NCBI RefSeq assembly: GCF_003334765.1
Contig: NZ_QOWT01000028.1
Strand: one strand, 5' to 3'
DNA length: 52,994 nucleotides
Source: Escherichia coli
GTDB taxonomy: Bacteria; Pseudomonadota; Gammaproteobacteria; Enterobacterales; Enterobacteriaceae
Position numbers and translations under genes: made by a program. Position 1 is the first letter of the stretch, and every line of letters starts with the position of its first letter. Positions 1 through 11,481 of the stretch are shown piece by piece. The notes below the pieces were generated by a model. It did not search any database and was not told the origin of the DNA. It saw nothing but the letters and a program-made list of their open reading frames with translations.

Positions 1-62
1 AAATGTTCGTCTCATTCAAAAAACCTCCGCAACCCCATGTTTTCACATAACTGTTGCGTTGA

Positions 63-365
63 CCAATTGAATCTACAGCCGCGAACTTTAGCGAAGGTCA
101 CTATCTGCAGGTGGAAGTCGCCGCCCGCACCGCTGCCAGCAAGCAGCCGGAGCTGGCGCAAAAATTCCTCCAGTTTATGGTTTCTCCGGCTTTTCAGAAT
201 GCGATCCCAACCGGTAACTGGATGTATCCGGTGGCAAAGGTCACGCTGCCTGCCGGGTTTGAACAATTGACCAAACCGGCCACCACGCTGGAGTTCACAC
301 CAGCTGAAGTGGCGGCACAACGTCAGGCATGGATTAGCGAATGGCAACGCGCCGTCAGCCGTTAA
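63..365 (+). CDS. thiB: thiamine ABC transporter periplasmic binding protein, C-terminal fragment
   Basis: Translation ...[95 protein letters not shown] matches the TbpA/ThiB C-terminus; TAA stop at 363-365 overlaps the thiP start by 25 nt. The frame has stops at 48-50 and 60-62, so only 63-365 is clean. Confidence 0.8.
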   Translation, partial: PIESTAANFSEGHYLQVEVAARTAASKQPELAQKFLQFMVSPAFQNAIPTGNWMYPVAKVTLPAGFEQLTKPATTLEFTPAEVAAQRQAWISEWQRAVSR

Positions 366-1951
366 TTCCCGGCTGGTTAATTCCAGGTGTAAGCGCCGCC
401 ACGCTGGTGGTAGCGGTTGCGCTCGCGGCGTTTCTCGCCCTGTGGTGGAACGCGCCGCAGGGTAACTGGGTGGCAGTCTGGCAGGACAGCTACCTGTGGC
501 ATGTGGTGCGCTTCTCCTTCTGGCAGGCGTTTCTCTCGGCGCTACTCTCTGTCGTACCCGCGATATTCCTCGCCCGCGCCCTCTATCGCAGGCGCTTTCC
601 GGGTCGGCTGGCGCTGTTGCGTCTGTGCGCAATGACCTTGATCCTCCCGGTGCTGGTTGCTGTTTTCGGCATTCTTAGCGTCTATGGTCGCCAGGGCTGG
701 CTGGCATCGCTCTGCCAATCGCTCGGTCTGGAGTGGACCTTTTCGCCCTACGGCCTGCAAGGTATTTTGCTGGCGCACGTATTTTTTAATCTGCCGATGG
801 CGAGCCGCTTATTACTCCAGGCACTGGAAAACATTCCCGGCGAACAACGTCAGCTTGCCGCCCAGCTTGGGATGCGCGGCTGGCATTTTTTCCGCTTCGT
901 CGAATGGCCGTGGTTACGGCGACAAATCCCGCCGGTTGCTGCACTTATCTTTATGCTCTGTTTCGCCAGCTTCGCCACCGTGCTATCACTGGGCGGCGGT
1001 CCGCAGGCGACCACTATCGAGCTGGCTATTTATCAGGCGCTGAGTTACGACTACGATCCTGCCCGCGCGGCGATGCTGGCGCTGATCCAGATGGTGTGTT
1101 GCCTTGGGCTGGTACTGTTGAGTCAGCGATTGAGTAAGGCCATTGCGCCAGGCACCACGCTGCTGCAAGGCTGGCGCGACCCGGACGATCGTCTGCATAG
1201 CCGCATTTGCGACACGGTGTTAATTGTGCTGGCGCTGCTGCTGTTGCTGCCACCGTTACTGGCGGTGATCGTCGATGGCGTAAATCGCCAGTTGCCGGAA
1301 GTGCTGGCACAACCGGTGCTGTGGCAGGCGCTGTGGACCTCGTTGCGTATTGCGCTGGCGGCAGGTGTATTGTGCGTAGTGCTGACCATGATGCTGCTAT
1401 GGAGCAGTCGCGAACTTCGGGCGCGGCAAAAAATGCTGGCGGGTCAGGCGCTGGAGATGAGCGGCATGTTGATTCTCGCCATGCCGGGGATTGTGCTGGC
1501 TACCGGCTTCTTTTTACTGCTCAACAACACTACTGGCCTGCCGCAATCTGCGGACGGCATTGTGATTTTCACCAATGCGTTAATGGCGATCCCCTACGCC
1601 CTGAAAGTACTGGAAAACCCGATGCGCGATATCACCGCCCGCTACAGTATGTTGTGTCAGTCGCTGGGCATTGAAGGTTGGTCGCGCTTAAAAGTGGTCG
1701 AGCTGCGCGCCCTGAAGCGTCCGCTGGCGCAGGCGCTGGCTTTTGCCTGCGTGCTGTCGATTGGTGATTTTGGCGTGGTGGCGTTGTTCGGTAACGATGA
1801 TTTCCGTACCCTGCCGTTTTATCTCTACCAGCAAATTGGCTCCTATCGCAGCCAGGACGGCGCGGTCACCGCGTTAATTCTGCTACTACTCTGTTTTCTG
1901 CTGTTTACCGTGATTGAAAAAATACCGGGGCGAAATGTTAAAACTGACTGA
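341..1951 (+). CDS. thiP: thiamine ABC transporter permease
   Basis: 536-aa [26 protein letters not shown]..., multi-pass membrane protein; ATG at 341; position between thiB and thiQ. Confidence 0.95.
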   Translation: MATRRQPLIPGWLIPGVSAATLVVAVALAAFLALWWNAPQGNWVAVWQDSYLWHVVRFSFWQAFLSALLSVVPAIFLARALYRRRFPGRLALLRLCAMTLILPVLVAVFGILSVYGRQGWLASLCQSLGLEWTFSPYGLQGILLAHVFFNLPMASRLLLQALENIPGEQRQLAAQLGMRGWHFFRFVEWPWLRRQIPPVAALIFMLCFASFATVLSLGGGPQATTIELAIYQALSYDYDPARAAMLALIQMVCCLGLVLLSQRLSKAIAPGTTLLQGWRDPDDRLHSRICDTVLIVLALLLLLPPLLAVIVDGVNRQLPEVLAQPVLWQALWTSLRIALAAGVLCVVLTMMLLWSSRELRARQKMLAGQALEMSGMLILAMPGIVLATGFFLLLNNTTGLPQSADGIVIFTNALMAIPYALKVLENPMRDITARYSMLCQSLGIEGWSRLKVVELRALKRPLAQALAFACVLSIGDFGVVALFGNDDFRTLPFYLYQQIGSYRSQDGAVTALILLLLCFLLFTVIEKIPGRNVKTD

Positions 1952-2633
1952 TATCACCTGGCTTTACCACCATTTGCCGATGCGTTTTAGCTTAACGGTG
2001 GAACGCGGCGAGCAGGTGGCGATCCTCGGGCCAAGCGGCGCGGGTAAAAGTACCCTGCTGAATTTGATTGCCGGTTTTCTGACGCCAGCCAGCGGTTCGC
2101 TGACTATCGACAGCGTTGATCACACCACGACGCCGCCGTCACGCCGTCCGGTATCGATGCTGTTTCAGGAGAACAACCTGTTCAGCCACCTGACGGTCGC
2201 GCAGAACATCGGGCTGGGGCTTAATCCGGGATTGAAGCTGAACGCGGCGCAGCAGGAGAAAATGCACGCTATCGCCCGCCAGATGGGGATTGATAATTTA
2301 ATGGCGCGGTTACCGGGCGAGCTTTCCGGCGGTCAGCGACAGCGCGTGGCGTTAGCGCGTTGTCTGGTGCGCGAACAGCCGATTTTATTGCTCGATGAAC
2401 CGTTCTCTGCGCTCGATCCGGCGTTACGTCAGGAGATGCTGACGCTGGTGAGCACGAGCTGCCAGCAGCAAAAAATGACGCTATTGATGGTGTCGCACAG
2501 TGTGGAAGATGCGGCGCGGATCGCCACACGCTCGGTGGTGGTCGCCGACGGGCGCATCGCCTGGCAGGGTAAGACTGAAGAATTGTTGAGCGGTAAGGCG
2601 AGTGCTTCGGCAATATTGGGGATTACGGGTTAG
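1935..2633 (+). CDS. thiQ: thiamine ABC transporter ATP-binding protein
   Basis: Walker [10 protein letters not shown] and ABC signature LSGGQRQR; start taken at ATG 1935 ([13 protein letters not shown]...), overlapping the thiP stop by 17 nt, rather than the track start at 1914. Confidence 0.93.
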   Translation: MLKLTDITWLYHHLPMRFSLTVERGEQVAILGPSGAGKSTLLNLIAGFLTPASGSLTIDSVDHTTTPPSRRPVSMLFQENNLFSHLTVAQNIGLGLNPGLKLNAAQQEKMHAIARQMGIDNLMARLPGELSGGQRQRVALARCLVREQPILLLDEPFSALDPALRQEMLTLVSTSCQQQKMTLLMVSHSVEDAARIATRSVVVADGRIAWQGKTEELLSGKASASAILGITG

Positions 2634-2643
2634 TATGCACTGT

Positions 2644-2727
2644 CAGATGCGGCGTGAACACCTTATCCGACCTACGGACAGTGCGTTTTGTAGGCCTGAT
2701 AAGACGCGGTCAGCGTCGCATCAGGCA
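2644..2727. repeat. REP/BIME palindromic units in the thiQ-yabI spacer
   Basis: Two inverted REP-like units (cagatgcggcgtgaacaccttatccgacctac / gtaggcctgataagacgcggtcagcgtcgcatcaggca). Confidence 0.75.
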
Positions 2728-2746
2728 ACCCGCACAAGACAATCCC

Positions 2747-3511
2747 CTAAACCCCAACCACTTTACGCAAAATATCGATATACACCGGCATCAACGGGTG
2801 GCGAATTAACACCACCAGCGCCACCACGCCGATGGCAGAAATCAACGGCGTCAGCCACAACAAACGGCCGCGCGACAAATAATGACTTAAACGATCGGTT
2901 GCTTTACCGCTGCGCCATAACCGCCAGCACAGCCAGCCACCAACCCACAAAAATACCGCCGTCGCCAGCAGCAACCATTTAAACTCGCCGCTCTGCATTC
3001 CGGCTGGAATATCGATCGCCGCGCCCGCCAGAATCCCAGGCAGGAAGTAAAACGGTGGCCACAGCAGGCAGCCGATAATATTCGGCGTAATGAATTTTGC
3101 CACCGGCAGATCCAGCATTCCCGCCACCATTGGCACCAGCGGACGCGTCGGGCCAACAAAGCGACCGACCAGAATGGTGAACATGCTGTGTTGATGCAAC
3201 GCATGTTCAGTTTTATCGAGTAATGCTTTGTTTTTCTTCAGAAATGACCAGCGATGCAACGGCTTTTTAAAACGCCAGCCCAGCCAGAAGGAGATCCAGT
3301 CGCCCAGCAGACAACCGACAATCCCTGCCAGCCAGGCGTGCCAGAAACTTAACTCGCCGCTGCCAATCAGCGCTCCTAGCCCCGCCATCAGCACCGTACC
3401 GGGTAGAATCAAACCGACCAGCGCCAGCGACTCCAGAAAGGCCACCAACACCACCGCCATCAATGAATACACGGTAGATTGGGTAATAAAGTGTTCCAGC
3501 AATGCTTGCAT
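2747..3511 (-). CDS. yabI: DedA-family inner membrane protein
   Basis: 254-aa hydrophobic ORF MQALLEHFITQSTVYSLMAVVLVAFLESLALVGLILPG... matching YabI. Confidence 0.9.
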   Translation of the reverse strand: MQALLEHFITQSTVYSLMAVVLVAFLESLALVGLILPGTVLMAGLGALIGSGELSFWHAWLAGIVGCLLGDWISFWLGWRFKKPLHRWSFLKKNKALLDKTEHALHQHSMFTILVGRFVGPTRPLVPMVAGMLDLPVAKFITPNIIGCLLWPPFYFLPGILAGAAIDIPAGMQSGEFKWLLLATAVFLWVGGWLCWRLWRSGKATDRLSHYLSRGRLLWLTPLISAIGVVALVVLIRHPLMPVYIDILRKVVGV

Positions 3512-3596
3512 AATGTGCCTGTCAAATGGACGAAGCAGGGATTCTGCAAACCCTATGCTACTCCGTCAAGCCGTCAATTGTCTGATTCGTTACCAA

Positions 3597-4475
3597 TTAT
3601 GACAACTTGACGGCTACATCATTCACTTTTTCTTCACAACCGGCTCGGAACTCGCTCGGGCTGGCCCCGGTGCATTTTTTAAATACTCGCGAGAAATAGA
3701 GTTGATCGTCAAAACCAACATTGCGACCGACGGTGGCGATAGGCATCCGGGTGGTGCTCAAAAGCAGCTTCGCCTGACTAATGCGTTGGTCCTCGCGCCA
3801 GCTTAAGACGCTAATCCCTAACTGCTGGCGGAAAAGATGTGACAGACGCGACGGCGACAAGCAAACATGCTGTGCGACGCTGGCGATATCAAAATTGCTG
3901 TCTGCCAGGTGATCGCTGATGTACTGACAAGCCTCGCGTACACGATTATCCATCGGTGGATGGAGCGACTCGTTAATCGCTTCCATGCGCCGCAGTAACA
4001 ATTGCTCAAGCAGATTTATCGCCAGCAGCTCCGAATAGCGCCCTTCCCCTTGCCCGGCGTTAATGATTTGCCCAAACAGGTCGCTGAAATGCGGCTGGTG
4101 CGCTTCATCCGGGCGAAAGAAACCCGTATTGGCAAATATTGACGGCCAGTTAAGCCATTCATGCCAGTAGGCGCGCGGACGAAAGTAAACCCACTGGTGA
4201 TACCATTCGCGAGCCTCCGGATGACGACCGTAGTGATGAATCTCTCCTGGCGGGAACAGCAAAATATCACCCGGTCGGCAAACAAATTCTCGTCCCTGAT
4301 TTTTCACCACCCCCTGACCGCGAATGGTGAGATTGAGAATATAACCTTTCATTCCCAGCGGTCGGTCGATAAAAAAATCGAGATAACCGTTGGCCTCAAT
4401 CGGCGTTAAACCCGCCACCAGATGGGCATTAAACGAGTATCCCGGCAGCAGGGGATCATTTTGCGCTTCAGCCAT
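3597..4475 (-). CDS. araC: arabinose operon regulator AraC
   Basis: 292-aa protein starting [22 protein letters not shown]... with C-terminal AraC-type HTH; start ATG at 4475 (internal to the 309-aa track ORF). Confidence 0.95.
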
Positions 4476-4714
4476 ACTTTTCATACTCCCGCCATTCAGA
4501 GAAGAAACCAATTGTCCATATTGCATCAGACATTGCCGTCACTGCGTCTTTTACTGGCTCTTCTCGCTAACCCAACCGGTAACCCCGCTTATTAAAAGCA
4601 TTCTGTAACAAAGCGGGACCAAAGCCATGACAAAAACGCGTAACAAAAGTGTCTATAATCACGGCAGAAAAGTCCACATTGATTATTTGCACGGCGTCAC
4701 ACTTTGCTATGCCA

Positions 4715-6514
<1,800 letters not shown>

Positions 6515-6524
6515 GGACACGATA

Positions 6525-8027
6525 ATGACGATTTTTGATAATTATGAAGTGTGGTTTGTCATTGGCAGCCAGCATCTGTATGGCCCGGAAACCCTGCGTC
6601 AGGTCACCCAACATGCCGAGCACGTTGTTAATGCGCTGAATACGGAAGCGAAACTGCCCTGCAAACTGGTGTTGAAACCGCTGGGCACCACGCCGGATGA
6701 AATCACCGCTATTTGCCGCGACGCGAATTACGACGATCGTTGCGCTGGTCTGGTGGTGTGGCTGCACACTTTCTCCCCGGCCAAAATGTGGATCAACGGC
6801 CTGACCATGCTCAACAAACCGTTGCTGCAATTCCACACCCAGTTTAACGCGGCGCTGCCGTGGGACAGTATCGATATGGACTTTATGAACCTGAACCAGA
6901 CTGCACATGGCGGTCGCGAGTTCGGCTTCATTGGCGCGCGTATGCGTCAGCAACATGCCGTGGTTACCGGTCACTGGCAGGATAAACAAGCCCATGAGCG
7001 TATCGGTTCCTGGATGCGCCAGGCGGTCTCTAAACAGGATACCCGTCATCTGAAAGTCTGCCGTTTTGGCGATAACATGCGTGAAGTAGCGGTCACCGAT
7101 GGTGATAAAGTTGCCGCACAGATCAAGTTCGGTTTCTCCGTCAATACCTGGGCGGTTGGCGATCTGGTGCAGGTGGTGAACTCCATCAGCGACGGCGATG
7201 TTAACGCGCTGGTCGATGAGTACGAAAGCTGCTACACCATGACGCCTGCCACACAAATCCACGGCGAAAAACGACAGAACGTGCTGGAAGCGGCGCGTAT
7301 TGAGCTGGGGATGAAGCGTTTCCTGGAACAAGGTGGCTTCCACGCGTTCACCACCACCTTTGAAGATTTGCACGGTCTGAAACAGCTTCCAGGTCTGGCC
7401 GTACAGCGTCTGATGCAGCAGGGTTACGGCTTTGCGGGCGAAGGCGACTGGAAAACCGCCGCCCTGCTTCGCATCATGAAGGTGATGTCAACCGGTCTGC
7501 AGGGCGGCACCTCCTTTATGGAGGACTACACCTATCACTTCGAGAAAGGTAATGACCTGGTGCTCGGCTCCCATATGCTGGAAGTCTGCCCGTCGATTGC
7601 CGTAGAAGAGAAACCGATCCTCGACGTTCAGCATCTCGGTATTGGTGGTAAGGACGATCCTGCCCGACTGATCTTCAATACCCAAACCGGTCCAGCGATT
7701 GTCGCCAGCCTGATTGATCTCGGCGATCGTTACCGTCTGCTGGTTAACTGTATCGACACGGTGAAAACACCGCACTCCCTGCCGAAACTGCCGGTGGCGA
7801 ATGCGCTGTGGAAAGCGCAACCGGATCTGCCAACTGCTTCCGAAGCGTGGATCCTCGCTGGTGGCGCGCACCATACCGTCTTCAGCCATGCGCTGAACCT
7901 CAACGATATGCGCCAGTTCGCCGAGATGCACGACATTGAAATCACGGTGATTGATAACGACACCCGCCTGCCAGCGTTTAAAGACGCACTGCGCTGGAAC
8001 GAAGTGTATTACGGATTTCGTCGCTAA
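6525..8027 (+). CDS. araA: L-arabinose isomerase
   Basis: 500-aa protein [24 protein letters not shown]...; start ATG 6525, 10 nt after the araB stop. Confidence 0.96.
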
Positions 8028-8050
8028 GTAGCCACATCAGGTATGTAACG

Positions 8051-8128
8051 CCTGATGCGACGCTGACGCGTCTTATCTGGCCTACACGCTGCGATTTTGT
8101 AGGCCGGATAAGCAAAGCGCATCCGGCA
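8051..8128. repeat. REP pair (BIME) in the araA-araD spacer
   Basis: gcctgatgcgacgctgacgcgtcttatctggcctac and inverted gtaggccggataagcaaagcgcatccggca. Confidence 0.75.
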
Positions 8129-8135
8129 TTGTTTT

Positions 8136-8173
8136 CCCCCTCGCCCCTTTGGGGAGAGGGCCGGGGTGAGGGG
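8136..8173. repeat. GC-rich imperfect palindrome just upstream of the araD RBS
   Basis: cccctcgcccctttggggagagggccggggtgagggg; the arms CCCTCGCCCC / GGGGAGAGGG can pair with one mismatch. Confidence 0.5.
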
Positions 8174-8195
8174 AAACGACCTCTCAGGAGTCAAC

Positions 8196-8891
8196 ATGTT
8201 AGAAGATCTCAAACGCCAGGTATTAGAAGCCAACCTGGCGCTGCCAAAACACAACCTGGTCACGCTCACATGGGGCAACGTCAGCGCCGTTGATCGCGAG
8301 CGCGGCGTCTTTGTGATCAAACCTTCCGGCGTCGATTACAGCGTCATGACCGCTGACGATATGGTCGTGGTTAGCATCGAAACCGGTGAAGTGGTTGAAG
8401 GTACGAAAAAGCCCTCCTCCGACACGCCAACTCACCGGCTGCTCTATCAGGCATTCCCCTCCATTGGCGGCATTGTGCATACGCACTCGCGCCACGCCAC
8501 CATCTGGGCGCAGGCGGGTCAGTCGATTCCAGCAACCGGCACCACCCACGCCGACTATTTCTACGGCACCATTCCCTGCACCCGCAAAATGACCGACGCA
8601 GAAATCAACGGCGAATATGAGTGGGAAACCGGTAACGTCATCGTAGAAACCTTTGAAAAACAGGGTATCGATGCAGCGCAAATGCCCGGCGTTCTGGTCC
8701 ATTCCCACGGCCCGTTTGCATGGGGCAAAAATGCCGAAGATGCGGTGCATAACGCCATCGTGCTGGAAGAGGTCGCTTATATGGGGATATTCTGCCGTCA
8801 GTTAGCGCCGCAGTTACCGGATATGCAGCAAACGCTGCTGGATAAACACTATCTGCGTAAGCATGGCGCGAAGGCATATTACGGGCAGTAA
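8196..8891 (+). CDS. araD: L-ribulose-5-phosphate 4-epimerase
   Basis: 231-aa protein [32 protein letters not shown]...; class II aldolase/epimerase; start ATG 8196. Confidence 0.95.
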   Translation: MLEDLKRQVLEANLALPKHNLVTLTWGNVSAVDRERGVFVIKPSGVDYSVMTADDMVVVSIETGEVVEGTKKPSSDTPTHRLLYQAFPSIGGIVHTHSRHATIWAQAGQSIPATGTTHADYFYGTIPCTRKMTDAEINGEYEWETGNVIVETFEKQGIDAAQMPGVLVHSHGPFAWGKNAEDAVHNAIVLEEVAYMGIFCRQLAPQLPDMQQTLLDKHYLRKHGAKAYYGQ

Positions 8892-8894
8892 TGA

Positions 8895-8910
8895 CTGTAT
8901 AAAACCACAG
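8895..8910 (+). promoter_or_regulatory. LexA (SOS) box of polB
   Basis: CTGTATAAAACCACAG matches the CTGT-N8-ACAG consensus, 56 nt upstream of the polB GTG start. Confidence 0.8.
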
Positions 8911-8924
8911 CCAATCAAACGAAA

Positions 8925-8951
8925 CCAGGCTATACTCAAGCCTGGTTTTTT
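8925..8951 (+). terminator. intrinsic terminator after araBAD
   Basis: Hairpin CCAGGCT-atactca-AGCCTGG followed by TTTTTT. Confidence 0.6.
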
Positions 8952-8965
8952 GATGGATTTTCAGC

Positions 8966-11317
8966 GTGGCGCAGGCAGGTTTTATCTTAACCCGACACTG
9001 GCGGGACACCCCGCAAGGGACAGAAGTCTCCTTCTGGCTGGCGACGGACAACGGGCCGTTGCAGGTTACGCTTGCACCGCAAGAGTCCGTGGCGTTTATT
9101 CCCGCCGATCAGGTTCCCCGCGCTCAGCATATTTTGCAGGGTGAACAAGGCTTTCGCCTGACACCGCTGGCGTTAAAGGATTTTCACCGCCAGCCGGTGT
9201 ATGGCCTTTACTGTCGCGCCCATCGCCAATTGATGAATTACGAAAAGCGCCTGCGTGAAGGTGGCGTTACCGTCTACGAGGCCGATGTGCGCCCGCCAGA
9301 ACGCTATCTGATGGAGCGGTTTATCACCTCACCGGTGTGGGTCGAGGGTGATATGCACAATGGCACTATCGTTAATGCCCGTCTGAAACCGCATCCCGAC
9401 TATCGTCCGCCGCTCAAGTGGGTTTCTATAGATATTGAAACCACCCGCCACGGTGAGCTGTACTGCATCGGCCTGGAAGGCTGCGGGCAGCGCATCGTTT
9501 ATATGCTGGGGCCGGAGAATGGCGACGCCTCCTCGCTTGATTTCGAACTGGAATACGTCGCCAGCCGCCCGCTGCTGCTGGAAAAACTCAACGCCTGGTT
9601 TGCAAACCACGATCCCGATGTGATCATCGGCTGGAACGTGGTGCAGTTCGATCTGCGAATGCTGCAAAAACATGCCGAGCGTTACCGTCTTCCGCTGCGT
9701 CTTGGGCGCGATAATAGCGAGCTGGAGTGGCGCGAGCACGGCTTTAAAAACGGCGTCTTTTTTGCCCAGGCTAAAGGTCGGCTAATTATCGACGGTATCG
9801 AGGCGCTGAAATCCGCGTTCTGGAATTTCTCTTCATTCTCGCTGGAAACTGTCGCTCAGGAGCTATTAGGCGAAGGAAAATCTATCGATAACCCGTGGGA
9901 TCGAATGGACGAAATTGACCGCCGTTTCGCCGAAGATAAACCTGCGCTGGCAACTTATAACCTGAAAGATTGCGAGCTGGTGACGCAGATCTTCCACAAA
10001 ACTGAAATCATGCCATTTTTACTCGAACGAGCAACGGTGAACGGCCTGCCGGTGGATCGGCACGGCGGTTCGGTGGCAGCGTTTGGTCATCTCTATTTTC
10101 CGCGAATGCATCGCGCTGGTTATGTCGCGCCTAATCTCGGCGAAGTGCCGCCGCACGCCAGCCCTGGCGGCTACGTGATGGATTCACGGCCAGGGCTTTA
10201 TGATTCAGTGCTGGTGCTGGACTATAAAAGCCTGTACCCGTCGATCATCCGCACCTTTCTGATTGATCCCGTCGGGCTGGTTGAAGGCATGGCGCAACCT
10301 GATCCAGAGCCCAGTACCGAAGGTTTTCTCGATGCCTGGTTCTCACGGGAGAAACATTGCCTGCCGGAGATTGTGACTAACATCTGGCATGGGCGCGATG
10401 AAGCCAAACGTCAGGGTAATAAGCCGCTTTCGCAGGCGCTGAAGATCATTATGAATGCCTTTTATGGCGTGCTCGGCACCACCGCCTGCCGCTTCTTCGA
10501 TCCGCGCCTGGCATCGTCGATCACCATGCGTGGTCATCAGATCATGCGGCAGACCAAAGCATTGATTGAAGCGCAGGGCTACGACGTTATCTACGGAGAT
10601 ACCGACTCGACTTTTGTCTGGCTAAAAGGTGCACATTCGGAAGAAGAGGCGGCGAAAATCGGTCGTGCACTGGTGCAGCACGTTAACGCCTGGTGGGCGG
10701 AAACGCTGCAAAAACAACGGCTGACCAGCGCATTAGAACTGGAGTATGAAACTCATTTCTGCCGTTTTCTTATGCCAACCATTCGCGGAGCTGATACCGG
10801 CAGTAAAAAGCGCTACGCCGGGCTGATTCAGGAGGGCGACAAGCAGCGGATGGTGTTTAAAGGGCTGGAAACCGTGCGCACCGACTGGACGCCGCTGGCC
10901 CAGCAGTTTCAGCAGGAGCTGTACCTGCGTATCTTCCGCAACGAGCCATATCAGGAGTACGTCCGCCAAACCATCGACAAACTGATGGCGGGTGAACTGG
11001 ATGCGCGGCTGGTTTACCGTAAACGCCTTCGCCGTCCGCTGAGCGAATATCAGCGTAATGTTCCGCCTCATGTACGCGCCGCTCGCCTTGCCGATGAAGA
11101 AAATCAAAAGCGCGGTCGCCCCTTGCAATATCAGAATCGCGGCACCATTAAGTACGTATGGACCACCAACGGCCCGGAGCCGCTGGACTACCAACGTTCA
11201 CCACTGGATTACGAACACTATCTGACCCGCCAGCTACAACCCGTGGCGGAGGGAATACTCCCTTTTATTGAGGATAATTTTGCTACACTTATGACCGGGC
11301 AACTTGGGCTATTTTGA
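8966..11317 (+). CDS. polB: DNA polymerase II (B family)
   Basis: 783-aa ORF beginning at GTG 8966 ([17 protein letters not shown]...); exonuclease and polymerase motifs (YGDTDS). Confidence 0.95.
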   Translation: MAQAGFILTRHWRDTPQGTEVSFWLATDNGPLQVTLAPQESVAFIPADQVPRAQHILQGEQGFRLTPLALKDFHRQPVYGLYCRAHRQLMNYEKRLREGGVTVYEADVRPPERYLMERFITSPVWVEGDMHNGTIVNARLKPHPDYRPPLKWVSIDIETTRHGELYCIGLEGCGQRIVYMLGPENGDASSLDFELEYVASRPLLLEKLNAWFANHDPDVIIGWNVVQFDLRMLQKHAERYRLPLRLGRDNSELEWREHGFKNGVFFAQAKGRLIIDGIEALKSAFWNFSSFSLETVAQELLGEGKSIDNPWDRMDEIDRRFAEDKPALATYNLKDCELVTQIFHKTEIMPFLLERATVNGLPVDRHGGSVAAFGHLYFPRMHRAGYVAPNLGEVPPHASPGGYVMDSRPGLYDSVLVLDYKSLYPSIIRTFLIDPVGLVEGMAQPDPEPSTEGFLDAWFSREKHCLPEIVTNIWHGRDEAKRQGNKPLSQALKIIMNAFYGVLGTTACRFFDPRLASSITMRGHQIMRQTKALIEAQGYDVIYGDTDSTFVWLKGAHSEEEAAKIGRALVQHVNAWWAETLQKQRLTSALELEYETHFCRFLMPTIRGADTGSKKRYAGLIQEGDKQRMVFKGLETVRTDWTPLAQQFQQELYLRIFRNEPYQEYVRQTIDKLMAGELDARLVYRKRLRRPLSEYQRNVPPHVRAARLADEENQKRGRPLQYQNRGTIKYVWTTNGPEPLDYQRSPLDYEHYLTRQLQPVAEGILPFIEDNFATLMTGQLGLF

Positions 11318-11481
11318 GCAAAAAAAAGAGTTCGCCAGATACCATTTTGATGCGTGACGAATGCTTTGCCATCCAGTACCATAGCGCCCTTTCCATTCCT
11401 GGACCTGAATAACACCACTACCTCATAAGCACGGTAGCGGGTGGTTATTGCCTGCAATTAAAGATATAGAGCCGAACACAT

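Noticed and set aside
37-270. 77-aa ORF at the window start (frame 1) as a possible novel small gene.
   Set aside because: It overlaps the thiB coding sequence out of frame; more likely a by-product of a frame disruption in thiB than a gene (see the first finding).
12-632. 206-aa ORF on the minus strand across the thiB/thiP junction.
   Set aside because: It is antisense to two well-supported transporter genes and is Arg/Pro-rich in a way typical of GC-rich shadow frames.
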